35,962 nucleotides of DNA from an uncultured Collinsella sp. Lineage in GTDB: Bacteria > Actinomycetota > Coriobacteriia > Coriobacteriales > Coriobacteriaceae. Both the position numbers and the translations under genes were made by a program. The stretch is from positions 1-35,962 of the forward strand of contig CAJJVE010000001.1 in the NCBI GenBank assembly GCA_905196265.1, read 5' to 3'. This document shows, piece by piece, positions 8,492 to 17,687 of this stretch (positions within the stretch are counted from its first letter, which is position 1; each line of letters begins with the position of its first letter). The notes beneath the pieces are model-generated. The model had not been told where the DNA came from, searched no databases, and worked only from the letters and a program-made list of their open reading frames with translations.

Positions 8492-9919
8492 ATGGCAGTA
8501 GATAACAAGCAGATTGCCACCGATGTCCTCGAGCTCGTGGGCGGTGCGGAGAATGTTACCGTCGCCACCAACTGCATGACGCGCCTGCGTCTGACGCTCA
8601 AGGATAACAGCAAGGCCGACGTGGAGAAGATCAAGAAGGTCAAGGGTGTTCTGGGTTGCCAGTTCGCCGGCAGCCAGCTCCAGGTCATCATCGGCCAGAA
8701 CGTGCCCAAGGTGCTCGCCGAATTCGTCGCCATGTCCGGCGTCAAGCAGGGTGCCGCGGTCGACGAGAACCTCGACGCTCCTAAGGAGAAGTTCGAGCTC
8801 AAGAACCTGCCCAATATCATCCTCGACTATCTGTCGGGCTCCATGACCCAGCTGATTCCGCTGCTCATGGCCGGCGGTCTGTTCCGCACCATTGCCGCGG
8901 TCCTCGGTCCCACCATGCTCGGCGTTATCTCCGATACCGATCCGACCTATACGTTCCTCTACACCACCCTGTACGAGGCCACGTTTACCTTTATCCCCAT
9001 CTACCTGGGATATGCCGCCGCTAAGAAACTCGGCGCCACCCCGGTGCTCGGCATGCTCCTTGGCGGCGCCCTCATGGCCCCGTCTGTCGTGAGTGTCGCG
9101 ACTCAGGAGGGTGGCGGAATCATTTCCGTCTACGGCATCCAGATCGCTGCTGCCAACTACCAGCAGTCCGTCCTGCCGATCATCCTTTCGGTGCCGGTTC
9201 TCTACTTCATCGAGAAGTTCTTTAAGAAGGTCATGCCCGACGTGCTGTCCACGGTCTTCACGCCGTTCTGCACCATGATTGTCACGATCCCCATCGCCTT
9301 CATCGTCCTTGCGCCGATCGGTAACGAGCTCGGCAACGTCATCGCCAATGCCCTCTTTGGTCTTGCCGACCTTGGCGGTATCGGTATCCTGATCGTTATG
9401 GCCATCCTCGGCGCCTTCTGGCAGCTCTTCGTGGTCTGCGGCATGCACATGCCCGTCATCCTGCTCGCTCAGGTTCAGATCATCGCCGCCGGCTACGACC
9501 CCTTCGTCTTCGTTTCCACCAACTGCGCTATGGCCGCCGTCTGGGGCTGCGCCTTCGGTGCCTTCCTCAAGATGAAGAACCCCGACGAGAAGGGTCTTGC
9601 CCTGGGTTACGTCATCTCCGCCATCGCCGGCGGCGTCACCGAGCCTGCGCTCTTCGGTATCCTCATGCGCTTCCGTCGCACCATGCTCGGTATGTTCATC
9701 GGCGGTGCCATCGGCGCTGTGTTCTCCGGCCTCATGGGTGTTACCTACTACCTGGCCGGCGGTGCCTCCAACTTCCTGGTCTTCACTAACTACCTGCAGG
9801 GTGGCCAGATGAACACCGTCTGGGCTATCGTCGGTATGGCAATCTCCTTTGTCATCGCAGCCGCCGTCGTCTTTGCCACTGGCTTCTCCAAGGAGGAGCT
9901 CGCCGAGATGGAGGCCTAA
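8492..9919 (+). CDS. PTS transporter EIIBC, beta-glucoside/sucrose-type (no EIIA domain)
   Basis: EIIB motif NCMTRLRL, GMH and GVTEPALFG motifs of EIIC, many TM helices; GGAGG RBS before ATG at 8492. Confidence 0.9.
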   Translation: MAVDNKQIATDVLELVGGAENVTVATNCMTRLRLTLKDNSKADVEKIKKVKGVLGCQFAGSQLQVIIGQNVPKVLAEFVAMSGVKQGAAVDENLDAPKEKFELKNLPNIILDYLSGSMTQLIPLLMAGGLFRTIAAVLGPTMLGVISDTDPTYTFLYTTLYEATFTFIPIYLGYAAAKKLGATPVLGMLLGGALMAPSVVSVATQEGGGIISVYGIQIAAANYQQSVLPIILSVPVLYFIEKFFKKVMPDVLSTVFTPFCTMIVTIPIAFIVLAPIGNELGNVIANALFGLADLGGIGILIVMAILGAFWQLFVVCGMHMPVILLAQVQIIAAGYDPFVFVSTNCAMAAVWGCAFGAFLKMKNPDEKGLALGYVISAIAGGVTEPALFGILMRFRRTMLGMFIGGAIGAVFSGLMGVTYYLAGGASNFLVFTNYLQGGQMNTVWAIVGMAISFVIAAAVVFATGFSKEELAEMEA

Positions 9920-9959
9920 GGCCAAACCATTCGGTCACATACGACCTTACCTACACGAC

Positions 9960-9994
9960 AGGGCCCCGTCAGGCGCAAGCCCGGCGGGGCCTTT
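9960..9994 (+). terminator. Probable terminator or stabilising hairpin after the PTS gene
   Basis: AGGGCCCCGTC...GGCGGGGCCTTT. Confidence 0.5.
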
Positions 9995-10128
9995 CCTGCA
10001 AGGTAGACTGATTGGGACGGGAGATGCCCGCCCGCAAGGGCTTGCTAAGCGCCAGGGGCTTTCGCGCGGGGTTACCGCGAAAGAATCTGCCGGTTCGCAA
10101 CTCCTTTATCAAACGAAAGGACATGCAG

Positions 10129-11442
10129 ATGAGTTTGGGAAAGCTGATCGTTAACGGTCGTCAGGACGGCTTTTTGTGCGAGGGCAAGCCGTTCTTTTGG
10201 TTTGCCGATACGTGCTGGAGCGCGTTTACGAGCATTACCGAGGCCGATTGGGACTACTATCTGACCCGTCGCGCCGAGCAGGGCATGAACGTGCTGCAGA
10301 TTAATACGCTGCCGCAGTGGGATCGCTGCTGCCCCGATCTGGGCATTTGGCCCTACGCCAGCGAGGATGGCGTGCACTTTGATTGGTCCCGCCCCAACCA
10401 GGCGTACTGGGACCGCGCTGCTGCCATGTGCCGCGCTGCCGTCGAGCACGGCATTCGTCCGGCGCTCGTACTTATGTGGTGCAACTACGTGCCTGGTACC
10501 TGGGGCGCCAAGATTGCCGAGCATTGCGGTGCCGAGGTTATGCCGCGCGAGGAGGTCCGTGCCCACGTTGCCCGCGTCGTCGAGAACCTGGGCGAGTTCG
10601 ACCCCGTCTACGTGGTGACGGGCGATACCGACTTTACCAGCGACGAGGCAATCGCCTATTACGAGGATGCCCTCGACGAGGTCATCAAGCGCGCGCCCGA
10701 GGCGTTGCGCACCATGCATATCAACCGCGGCAACCGCACCATTCCGTCACAGTACCTGGAGCGCCTGGACTTTTACATGTTCCAGCCCGGTCACAACTAC
10801 GAGGGCCAGCCCGAGGCCTGGCGCCTGCCGCAGGACTTTATCGCCAACTATCCCAAAAAGCCGATGGTCAACTCCGAGCCCTGTTACGAGCAGATGGGTG
10901 CGTCGCGCAACGTGTACTGGCGCTTCACCGCACAGGACTGCCGCGCGAGCGTGTGGTCGTCGATTCTTGCCGGTGCGAGCGCCGGCGTGACCTATGGCGC
11001 GCACGGTGTTTGGAACTGGCAGACCAGCAAGAGCCAGGGCTCGGTGCTGGGCGAGGGCTTCGACATGCCGTTCCGCTGGCAGGAGTGCCTGCAATTTGCG
11101 GGCGTTTGGGACTTTGGCGCGATCGAGCACGTGCTTGCCGGTCTGGGTGCTACGGCTGGCGACGACGCACTTGCCGTGGTCCCCGCGCAGGAGCTTCTCG
11201 ATGATTCACGCGAGGCCATTCGCGTGGCGCGCGTTGGTGATCGCGTCGTCACGTACCTGCCGCGCACCACGGCGCTCAAGTTTAAGCTCGACGGCGCGCG
11301 CGGCTGGACGGCGACGGTCCTCGACATGGAGGACAAGCGCATCGCCAAGCTGCCCGTTCGCGACAACGGTGACGGCACCGTGCGCGTGGCTCAGCATCCC
11401 TTTGAGCACGACGCGCTGCTCGTGGTCTCGCCGGCGCGTTAA
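10129..11442 (+). CDS. DUF4038 / GH140 (apiosidase-like) putative glycoside hydrolase
   Basis: GKPFFWFADTCW, YLTRRAEQGMNVLQ, FYMFQPGH, KPMVNSEPCYE, GVTYGAHGVW; GAAAGGA RBS before ATG at 10129 (alternative ATG at 10123). Confidence 0.75.
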   Translation: MSLGKLIVNGRQDGFLCEGKPFFWFADTCWSAFTSITEADWDYYLTRRAEQGMNVLQINTLPQWDRCCPDLGIWPYASEDGVHFDWSRPNQAYWDRAAAMCRAAVEHGIRPALVLMWCNYVPGTWGAKIAEHCGAEVMPREEVRAHVARVVENLGEFDPVYVVTGDTDFTSDEAIAYYEDALDEVIKRAPEALRTMHINRGNRTIPSQYLERLDFYMFQPGHNYEGQPEAWRLPQDFIANYPKKPMVNSEPCYEQMGASRNVYWRFTAQDCRASVWSSILAGASAGVTYGAHGVWNWQTSKSQGSVLGEGFDMPFRWQECLQFAGVWDFGAIEHVLAGLGATAGDDALAVVPAQELLDDSREAIRVARVGDRVVTYLPRTTALKFKLDGARGWTATVLDMEDKRIAKLPVRDNGDGTVRVAQHPFEHDALLVVSPAR

Positions 11443-11464
11443 GGAAAACGGAATAACGCAAGAG

Positions 11465-11495
11465 AAAAGGCCCGGGTGGTAGCCCGGACCTTTTT
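11465..11495. terminator. Bidirectional terminator
   Basis: AAAAGGCCCGGG-TGGTAG-CCCGGACCTTTTT between convergent genes. Confidence 0.7.
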
Positions 11496-11545
11496 GTATC
11501 GACACAGCCGTTGCGGTTGGTAATGGCGATTGCATACCGCCGCTC

Positions 11546-12187
11546 TTAACGGTAGCCCTCCCAGAGGGGAAGGGGAAAGAGGATGTCCTCGAACTTAGAC
11601 CACTCGGCGGGATAGTCGATCTCGTCGGGTCGCGCCACCCAACGGCCTTCCAATCCGTACATCGCCGCCAGCGCGCACGAGATGGCTTCGGTGGCGTCGA
11701 TTCCCTCGGGAACGCTCCAGTTAACATCGGGCTCGGGCTCGATAGCTCCGCGCGAGCGGTCGTTGAAATACTCGTGCAGGGGGCTCTCCGTGCTCATGGC
11801 CTCGGTATTGAGCATCTGGAAGAGCATGACGAGCTCGGGCTGACTGTTGTTCTCCGCCACGAGCAGACGGCAGTATTCGGGAATCTTGGGGCTCTGGCCC
11901 TCAAATGCCCCGCCAGGATGAAAGAGGGAGAGATAGTCGTCTAAGGCTGAGCTGCGATCGTAATAGCGATGGATCACCTCGACCAAAAGCCCGTGCTTGC
12001 TGCCCACGTAGTGCAGCACGCCCGCCTGGGTGATGCCCACCTCGTCGGCTACCGCCTGGAGCGACATGCCGTTAAAGCCGCGCGCGTTGATAAGCCGCAC
12101 GGCCGCCGAAACAATCTGGTCAAGGCGTTCCTGCGCCGCAGCGCTGCGTTTCTTTGCCGCGGGTGTGGGAGTTTTCTGAGTGTCCAT
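11546..12187 (-). CDS. TetR/AcrR-family transcriptional regulator
   Basis: IVSAAVRLINARGFNGMSLQAVADEVGITQAGVLHYVGSKHGLL HTH. Confidence 0.9.
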   Translation of the reverse strand: MDTQKTPTPAAKKRSAAAQERLDQIVSAAVRLINARGFNGMSLQAVADEVGITQAGVLHYVGSKHGLLVEVIHRYYDRSSALDDYLSLFHPGGAFEGQSPKIPEYCRLLVAENNSQPELVMLFQMLNTEAMSTESPLHEYFNDRSRGAIEPEPDVNWSVPEGIDATEAISCALAAMYGLEGRWVARPDEIDYPAEWSKFEDILFPLPLWEGYR

Positions 12188-12308
12188 ATAAATCGCGCTG
12201 CCTTATTTAGGGCGGCTCGAGTATTGCCGCCAAATGCCTTTTGTATACCCCCCATAGCTTACCTCAGCCGTTCAGTGGCTCAAAACAACCGTTTACCGCT
12301 CTTATAGG

Positions 12309-12370
12309 TTACTAAGTACTTAGTAAGCGTACTATACAGGTCGTGGAGTTACTTACTAGTTAGTAAGTAA
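12309..12370. promoter_or_regulatory. Two palindromic operators between divergent tetR and MFS genes
   Basis: Perfect 18-bp TTACTAAGTACTTAGTAA (12309-12326) and near-perfect TTACTTACTAGTTAGTAAGTAA (12349-12370). Confidence 0.75.
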
Positions 12371-12495
12371 CAACCCAACAGGCGCTCGCGAGCAGCTGTA
12401 CCCCATTCCACGGCCGCCGCATCCAGCGGGTTTGACCCCTTGACCCTTGGTGCACGAGCGCCCTCGCGCATTCCATCACAGAGAGGATCTATCCC

Positions 12496-13788
12496 ATGGC
12501 AAATCAAACCGCCGCGGCGATTGACGAGAACGCCATCGCCCCCGATACCGGAAAGCCCATGACCAAAACCGAGACATGGCGCTTTATGATCGGCTTTATC
12601 ATCTTCGGAATCATGTGGATGATGTCGGGAACAATCGGCTCCAACGTCTTGTTCCCCGAGCGTTTTAACGGCCTTAATATTGGCCAGCCCGAGGCAATTC
12701 TCGCGGCGATGAACTCGGTCGGTTCGATCTTCGCCCTGTTCTCAAATCTCGTTTTCGGCGCGCTTTCCGTCCGCTGCCACAGCCGCTTTGGCAAGCGCAC
12801 ACCGTTTATCGTTCTCGGCGGTTTTATCTGCGGCTGTGCTTTCTGGAGCACTTCGGTCGCGACCACACTTCCCATGATCGTCGCCTCCTGGTGCGTGCTG
12901 CAGATTGGCCTCAACTGCATGCTTGCCCCTGCTGTTGCCGTGCTTTCCGACCGCATCCCGCTTAACAAGCGCGGCACGCTCTCCGCATTCTATGGCGGCG
13001 GCGCAACGGCCGGCCAGTCGATTGGCACCATCATCGGTACGCAGTTCCTCTCCAACCCAGTTCCTGGCTTTATCATCGGCACGGTCTCTTGGTTGCTGAC
13101 CGGCATCCTCGCCGTCATCATTTGGCCGCGCGAGAAGTCTGCCGCTCTTGACGAGGGCGAGCAGTCTGAGAAGCTCAATCTCAAGTCGCTGCTGCTCATG
13201 TTCGTTCCGCCCACCAAGAACTGCCGCGACTTTTATCTGGCGCTCTTTGGCCGTCTGCTCCTCATCTTCGGTTACTTCTGCATCAACGGCTATCAGCTCT
13301 ACATCCTCGAGAAGTACATCGGTCTTCCCGTGGCAGAAGCCGGCGCGGTTCTTTCGAGTATGTCCGTCGTGATCATGGTCGTGTCGCTTGTCGCCTCGCT
13401 TACCTCGGGCGCCATCTCCGACAAGATCGGCCGCCGCAAGCCTATCATCCTCGTCGCAACGATTATGATGTGTATCGGTATCGCCCTGCCCTGGCTACTT
13501 AAGTCCGTTATCGGCATGTACGGATTTGCTCTGCTCGCCGGACTTGGCTACGGTATCTACTCTTCCGTGGACCAGGCGCTCAATGTCGATGTTCTGCCCG
13601 ATAAGAAGAACGCCGGCAAGGATCTGGGCATCCTCAATATCGCCAACACCATCGGTCAGATCCTTGGCCCCATCGTGACCTCGGCAATCGTTGTCGCCAC
13701 CGGCTCCTATTTCATGGCGTTCCCAATCTCCATCGTGCTCATCGCCGTGGGCTATGTGTCCATCATGCTCATCAAGAGCGCCAAGTAA
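12496..13788 (+). CDS. MFS transporter (probable sugar/glycoside)
   Basis: About 12 TM helices; GALSVRCHSRFGKRTP and GAISDKIGRRKP motif-A-like loops. Confidence 0.9.
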   Translation: MANQTAAAIDENAIAPDTGKPMTKTETWRFMIGFIIFGIMWMMSGTIGSNVLFPERFNGLNIGQPEAILAAMNSVGSIFALFSNLVFGALSVRCHSRFGKRTPFIVLGGFICGCAFWSTSVATTLPMIVASWCVLQIGLNCMLAPAVAVLSDRIPLNKRGTLSAFYGGGATAGQSIGTIIGTQFLSNPVPGFIIGTVSWLLTGILAVIIWPREKSAALDEGEQSEKLNLKSLLLMFVPPTKNCRDFYLALFGRLLLIFGYFCINGYQLYILEKYIGLPVAEAGAVLSSMSVVIMVVSLVASLTSGAISDKIGRRKPIILVATIMMCIGIALPWLLKSVIGMYGFALLAGLGYGIYSSVDQALNVDVLPDKKNAGKDLGILNIANTIGQILGPIVTSAIVVATGSYFMAFPISIVLIAVGYVSIMLIKSAK

Positions 13789-13875
13789 TTTGCCACTCTC
13801 TTTCATTCCGTCGGGCTGCGTTCGTGTTGCCCGACGGACTCCGACTATTCAATCGCTTAACTTGGAGGCGTTATC

Positions 13876-15414
13876 ATGACTATCGTCGAGCAGTACAAGG
13901 TGTTTAAGCTCGAGCTCGCGGGCACTGCGGCCGGCAATCCCTATGTCGAAGTCGAGCTGTCGGCGCGATTTGATCGCGCGGATGGCCAGGACAGCTTTGA
14001 GGTCCATGGCTTCTACAAGGGCAATGGCTGCTACGGAATCAACTTTATGCCCGAGAGTGCCGGTGTCTGGAACTACACGGTGATCTCCAATGACCCCGAG
14101 CTCGATGGTGCCGCCGGCTCTTTTGAGGCCGTGCCCGCCACGGGCGCCAATCATGGTCGCGTGCTGCTGGCAAGGGATGTGCTCGCCCACGGAGCTCCGT
14201 TCATTACCGACGAGGATTTCAACTTTGCCTACGAGGATGGAACGCGCTACCTGCCCTTTGGCACCACATGCTATGCCTGGACCAACCAGGATGTTCAGCT
14301 GCAGGAGCAGACGCTCGAGACGCTCGCAGAGGCACCTTTTAACAAGATCCGCATGTGCGTCTTCCCCAAGTTCTACGACTATAACGTTGAGGACCCAGCG
14401 ATGTATGCCTATGAAGGCGAGAAGGGCGATTTCGACCATTTTCGCTTCTATGAGCCGTTTTGGGAAAACCTCGAGCACCGCATCGAGCAGCTTGACGAGC
14501 TGGGTATCCAGGCGGATCTCATCGTTTTGCATCCGTATGACAAGCCTGAGGACTGGGGCTTCTCTCGTATGACGCGCGAGGAGGATATTTTCTACCTGAC
14601 GTATGTCGCTCGTCGCTTCTCGGCATACAAGAACATTTGGTGGAGCCTCGCCAATGAGTGGGACCTTATGCCGTGGAAGCCGGCCGAGGACTGGGACCGC
14701 TATGCCCGTATCATCATGGCGAACGACCCGTATGGTCATCTGCGCAGTATCCACAATTGCCGTGAGATCTTTGACCACAGTCATCCGTGGATTACGCACG
14801 TGAGCTACCAGAGGTGCGACCTCAAGAACACAGCCGAGGACGTCACCATGCTGCGCGCGCAGTATAGCAAGCCGGTTTTGATCGACGAGGTCGGCTATGA
14901 GGGCAACATCAACTGGGGCTGGGGTAACCTGACCGCTCAGGAACTCGTACGTCGTTTTTGGGAGGGCAGTTTGCGTGGCGGTTATGTGACCCACGGTGAG
15001 ACCTACGTCGACCGCGGACCCAAGCTGTGGTGGGCGCACGGCGGCAAGCTCTACGGCGATTCGCCCGATCGCATTGGCTTTTGCCGTCGCTACATGGAGG
15101 CGCTGCCGGCCGATTTTGACTGGGTGCCCGATGAGGTCGGCATCCTTGACGGTACGTTTACCTGGGATGTCACCTGTATGTCCAACGATCATGGCCACGG
15201 GACTGCCGATGTCCTTATGTACTTTGGGTTCAATCGTCCGGCGTATCGTGAGTTTGAGGGCGAGGCGGGCGCTCGTTACAAGGTGAATGTCGTGGACACA
15301 TGGGACATGACGGAGGAAGAACTTCCCGGAACCTTTGAGGGCAAGTTCCGCATCGACCTCCCTAGTAAGCAGTATATGTTGCTTCGTCTGACTAAAGTAG
15401 AGGCGTATTTATAG
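13876..15414 (+). CDS. DUF5060-DUF4038-DUF5605-type putative glycoside hydrolase
   Basis: GNPYVEVEL, YLPFGTTCYAW, FNKIRMCVFPK, WSLANEWD, SIHN, DEVGYEG, THGETY motifs; GGAGG RBS. Confidence 0.75.
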   Translation: MTIVEQYKVFKLELAGTAAGNPYVEVELSARFDRADGQDSFEVHGFYKGNGCYGINFMPESAGVWNYTVISNDPELDGAAGSFEAVPATGANHGRVLLARDVLAHGAPFITDEDFNFAYEDGTRYLPFGTTCYAWTNQDVQLQEQTLETLAEAPFNKIRMCVFPKFYDYNVEDPAMYAYEGEKGDFDHFRFYEPFWENLEHRIEQLDELGIQADLIVLHPYDKPEDWGFSRMTREEDIFYLTYVARRFSAYKNIWWSLANEWDLMPWKPAEDWDRYARIIMANDPYGHLRSIHNCREIFDHSHPWITHVSYQRCDLKNTAEDVTMLRAQYSKPVLIDEVGYEGNINWGWGNLTAQELVRRFWEGSLRGGYVTHGETYVDRGPKLWWAHGGKLYGDSPDRIGFCRRYMEALPADFDWVPDEVGILDGTFTWDVTCMSNDHGHGTADVLMYFGFNRPAYREFEGEAGARYKVNVVDTWDMTEEELPGTFEGKFRIDLPSKQYMLLRLTKVEAYL

Positions 15415-15519
15415 AGATAATCGGCTCCGGGCGCGATTTGCTGCACGACCATCATAAGGGCAGCCCCTGTGGTGGTCGCGGCGATGCGCGTTCGGGGCTA
15501 TGGCATGTGAGGGGCGAAT

Positions 15520-16431
15520 ATGCAGGAGTTCTTTGGAATCGATGTGGGCGGTACGGCCGTTAAATGGGCTGTGCTGGGCGAGGATTTTTCCATCCGCGAG
15601 CGCGGGAGCCTGCCGACGGGCTTTACCACGGCTGAGGAGACCGTTTCGGCGTTGATCGGGCTCGTCGAGCCGTACCGTGAGCGCGTGAGCGCCGTAGGCG
15701 TGAGCGCACCCGGCGGTATTTACGAGGGAGATGTCACGGGAACGATCCATCGCGGCGGTGCGCTCACGTTTATGGACGGCTGCCCACTGGGAAAGCTCAT
15801 GCGCGAGGCGCTGGGGGTGCCGGTTGCCGTCAATAACGACGGTAAGTGCTGTGCACTCGGTGAGTATGCGGCTGGCGCTCTGCGCGGGACGCGTTTTGGC
15901 GTGGTGCTCGCTATCGGCACGGGCATCGGCGGCGGTATCGTCATCGACGGCAAGGTCCTGCGCGGAGCGCACTGCTTTGCAGGCGAGTTCAGCTTCTTGC
16001 GCAACGATGCCACGACTGCCGCGAGCATGGAAAACTCCTTTGCGGGCTCGGGCGGTTGGCGCGCGCTCCGCGATGCCGCCGTTGCCGAGAAGGGCCTGCC
16101 TGCGGATTCTCCGGTGGACGGCCGCCGCGTCTTTGAGTGGATCGCGGATGGCGACATAGCGGCGCAGCGCGCGCTCGACCGCTACGCTCGCGCATTTGAC
16201 GGACAGCTCATCAACCTGCAGGCCGTGCTCGACCCCGAGGTCTTTGTGATCGCAGGCGGCATCTCGTGCCATCCCGAGCTCGTCGATGCCCTGCGTGCGC
16301 AGATGCCGCTGGCCCTCGCGAGTTACGAAGGGACCCTTGCTGGCATTCCTGTGCCGCAGATAAAGGTGGCCGAGCTCGGCAACGACGCCAACCTTTACGG
16401 TGCTGTCCAGGAGGCCATGCGCCTGGTGTAG
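15520..16431 (+). CDS. ROK-family sugar kinase (no HTH)
   Basis: GIDVGGTAVK, VSAPG, NNDGKCCALGE, GTGIGGG, AGEF, GNDANLYGA. Confidence 0.9.
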   Translation: MQEFFGIDVGGTAVKWAVLGEDFSIRERGSLPTGFTTAEETVSALIGLVEPYRERVSAVGVSAPGGIYEGDVTGTIHRGGALTFMDGCPLGKLMREALGVPVAVNNDGKCCALGEYAAGALRGTRFGVVLAIGTGIGGGIVIDGKVLRGAHCFAGEFSFLRNDATTAASMENSFAGSGGWRALRDAAVAEKGLPADSPVDGRRVFEWIADGDIAAQRALDRYARAFDGQLINLQAVLDPEVFVIAGGISCHPELVDALRAQMPLALASYEGTLAGIPVPQIKVAELGNDANLYGAVQEAMRLV

Positions 16432-16605
16432 CGCGAGCCAAACGAGACTGTCAAAAAAGATAAAGGCCGGCATTAACCCCATTGTTCGGAAAACCATTGA
16501 TCCCGAAAAGCCTTTACAGAATGCCGTGGCCTCAAAGCGCGCCCGCATCGACGCTTCGCCTGCGCTAAACTGGAGAGCACGTACGCGATTACGAGAGGAG
16601 CCCGC

Positions 16606-17289
16606 ATGGAGGCTTACAAGCAAGAGTTCATCAAGTTTATGGTCGAGTCCGACGTCCTTAAGTTCGGCAGCTTTACGCTCAAGAGCGGCCGTCAGTCCCC
16701 GTTCTTTATGAACGCCGGCGCTTACGTGACGGGCTATCAGCTCAAGAAGCTGGGCGAGTATTACGCCCAGGCTATCCACGATAACTTTGGCGACGACTTT
16801 GACGTGCTGTTTGGGCCGGCCTACAAGGGCATTCCCCTGGCCGTCGTGACCGCAATTGCCTACCACGAGCTGTACGGCAAGGAGGTCAAGTACTGCTGCG
16901 ACCGTAAGGAGGCCAAGGACCACGGTGCCGATAAGGGCAACCTGTTGGGCTACGAGCCCCAGGACGGCGACCGCGTGGTCATGGTCGAGGATGTCACCAC
17001 CAGCGGCAAGTCCATCGACGAGACCTATCCCAAGGTTAAGGCTGCTGCTGATGTTGAGATCAAGGGCCTGATCGTGTCCCTCAACCGCATGGAGGTCGGC
17101 AAGGGTGGCGTGACCACCGCGCAGAAGGAGATCGAGGCCAAGTACGGTTTCCCCGTCGCGAGCATCGTCTCCATGGCCGAGGTCGTCGAGACCCTCTACA
17201 ACCACGAGATTGACGGTAAGGTCGTCATCGACGACGAGCTCAAGGCCGCCATCGACGCTTACTACGAGCAGTACGGAGCCCGAGAGTAG
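16606..17289 (+). CDS. pyrE: Orotate phosphoribosyltransferase
   Basis: FGSFTLKSGRQSPFF, FGPAYKGIP, RKEAKDHG, PRPP-binding VEDVTTSG. Confidence 0.95.
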   Translation: MEAYKQEFIKFMVESDVLKFGSFTLKSGRQSPFFMNAGAYVTGYQLKKLGEYYAQAIHDNFGDDFDVLFGPAYKGIPLAVVTAIAYHELYGKEVKYCCDRKEAKDHGADKGNLLGYEPQDGDRVVMVEDVTTSGKSIDETYPKVKAAADVEIKGLIVSLNRMEVGKGGVTTAQKEIEAKYGFPVASIVSMAEVVETLYNHEIDGKVVIDDELKAAIDAYYEQYGARE

Positions 17290-17359
17290 TTACGGCGTTT
17301 TACCAAACGCCGTAACCGGCCGACGCTGCGCGCCGCCCAGGGCGACAATTTGTCATTCG

Positions 17360-17400
17360 AAAGGCGAGGCATGACCAGAAGGTCAATGCCTCGCCTTTTT
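17360..17400 (+). terminator. Rho-independent terminator of pyrE
   Basis: AAAGGCGAGGCAT...ATGCCTCGCCTTTTT; a second 12-bp stem lies at 17289-17316. Confidence 0.8.
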
Positions 17401-17470
17401 CATGCCAACTTGTTCGCTCTGGACGTCGCTCGCTGTCCGTCCTCTACCTGCGGCGTTGCCTCGCTCCGGC

Positions 17471-17530
17471 GGTAGTCATTGGGGACGTTCTTGTTTGACT
17501 AGTCGTTTAAGAACGCCCCCAATGACTACC
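17471..17530. repeat. Inverted doublet of the 27-bp family A unit
   Basis: GGTAGTCATTGGGGACGTTCTT / AAGAACGCCCCCAATGACTACC (21 of 22 bp pair) with central GACTAGTC. Confidence 0.85.
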
Positions 17531-17687
17531 TTGCACTAAATCTGCCAGCCCTCGCCCGGCTCGTCCTTTACTTTACCGAGATAAAGTGAACGTGTAGATT
17601 CGCAACCCACTCGCAACCGTTCTATGGCACGATATTGAACGAATGTATGCTATGCGCCCGAGCCTTTCGGGCAGAGTGGGAGACAGT

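Noticed and set aside
16432..16605. PyrR attenuator upstream of pyrE
   Set aside because: No recognisable PyrR-binding loop or terminator/antiterminator pair.
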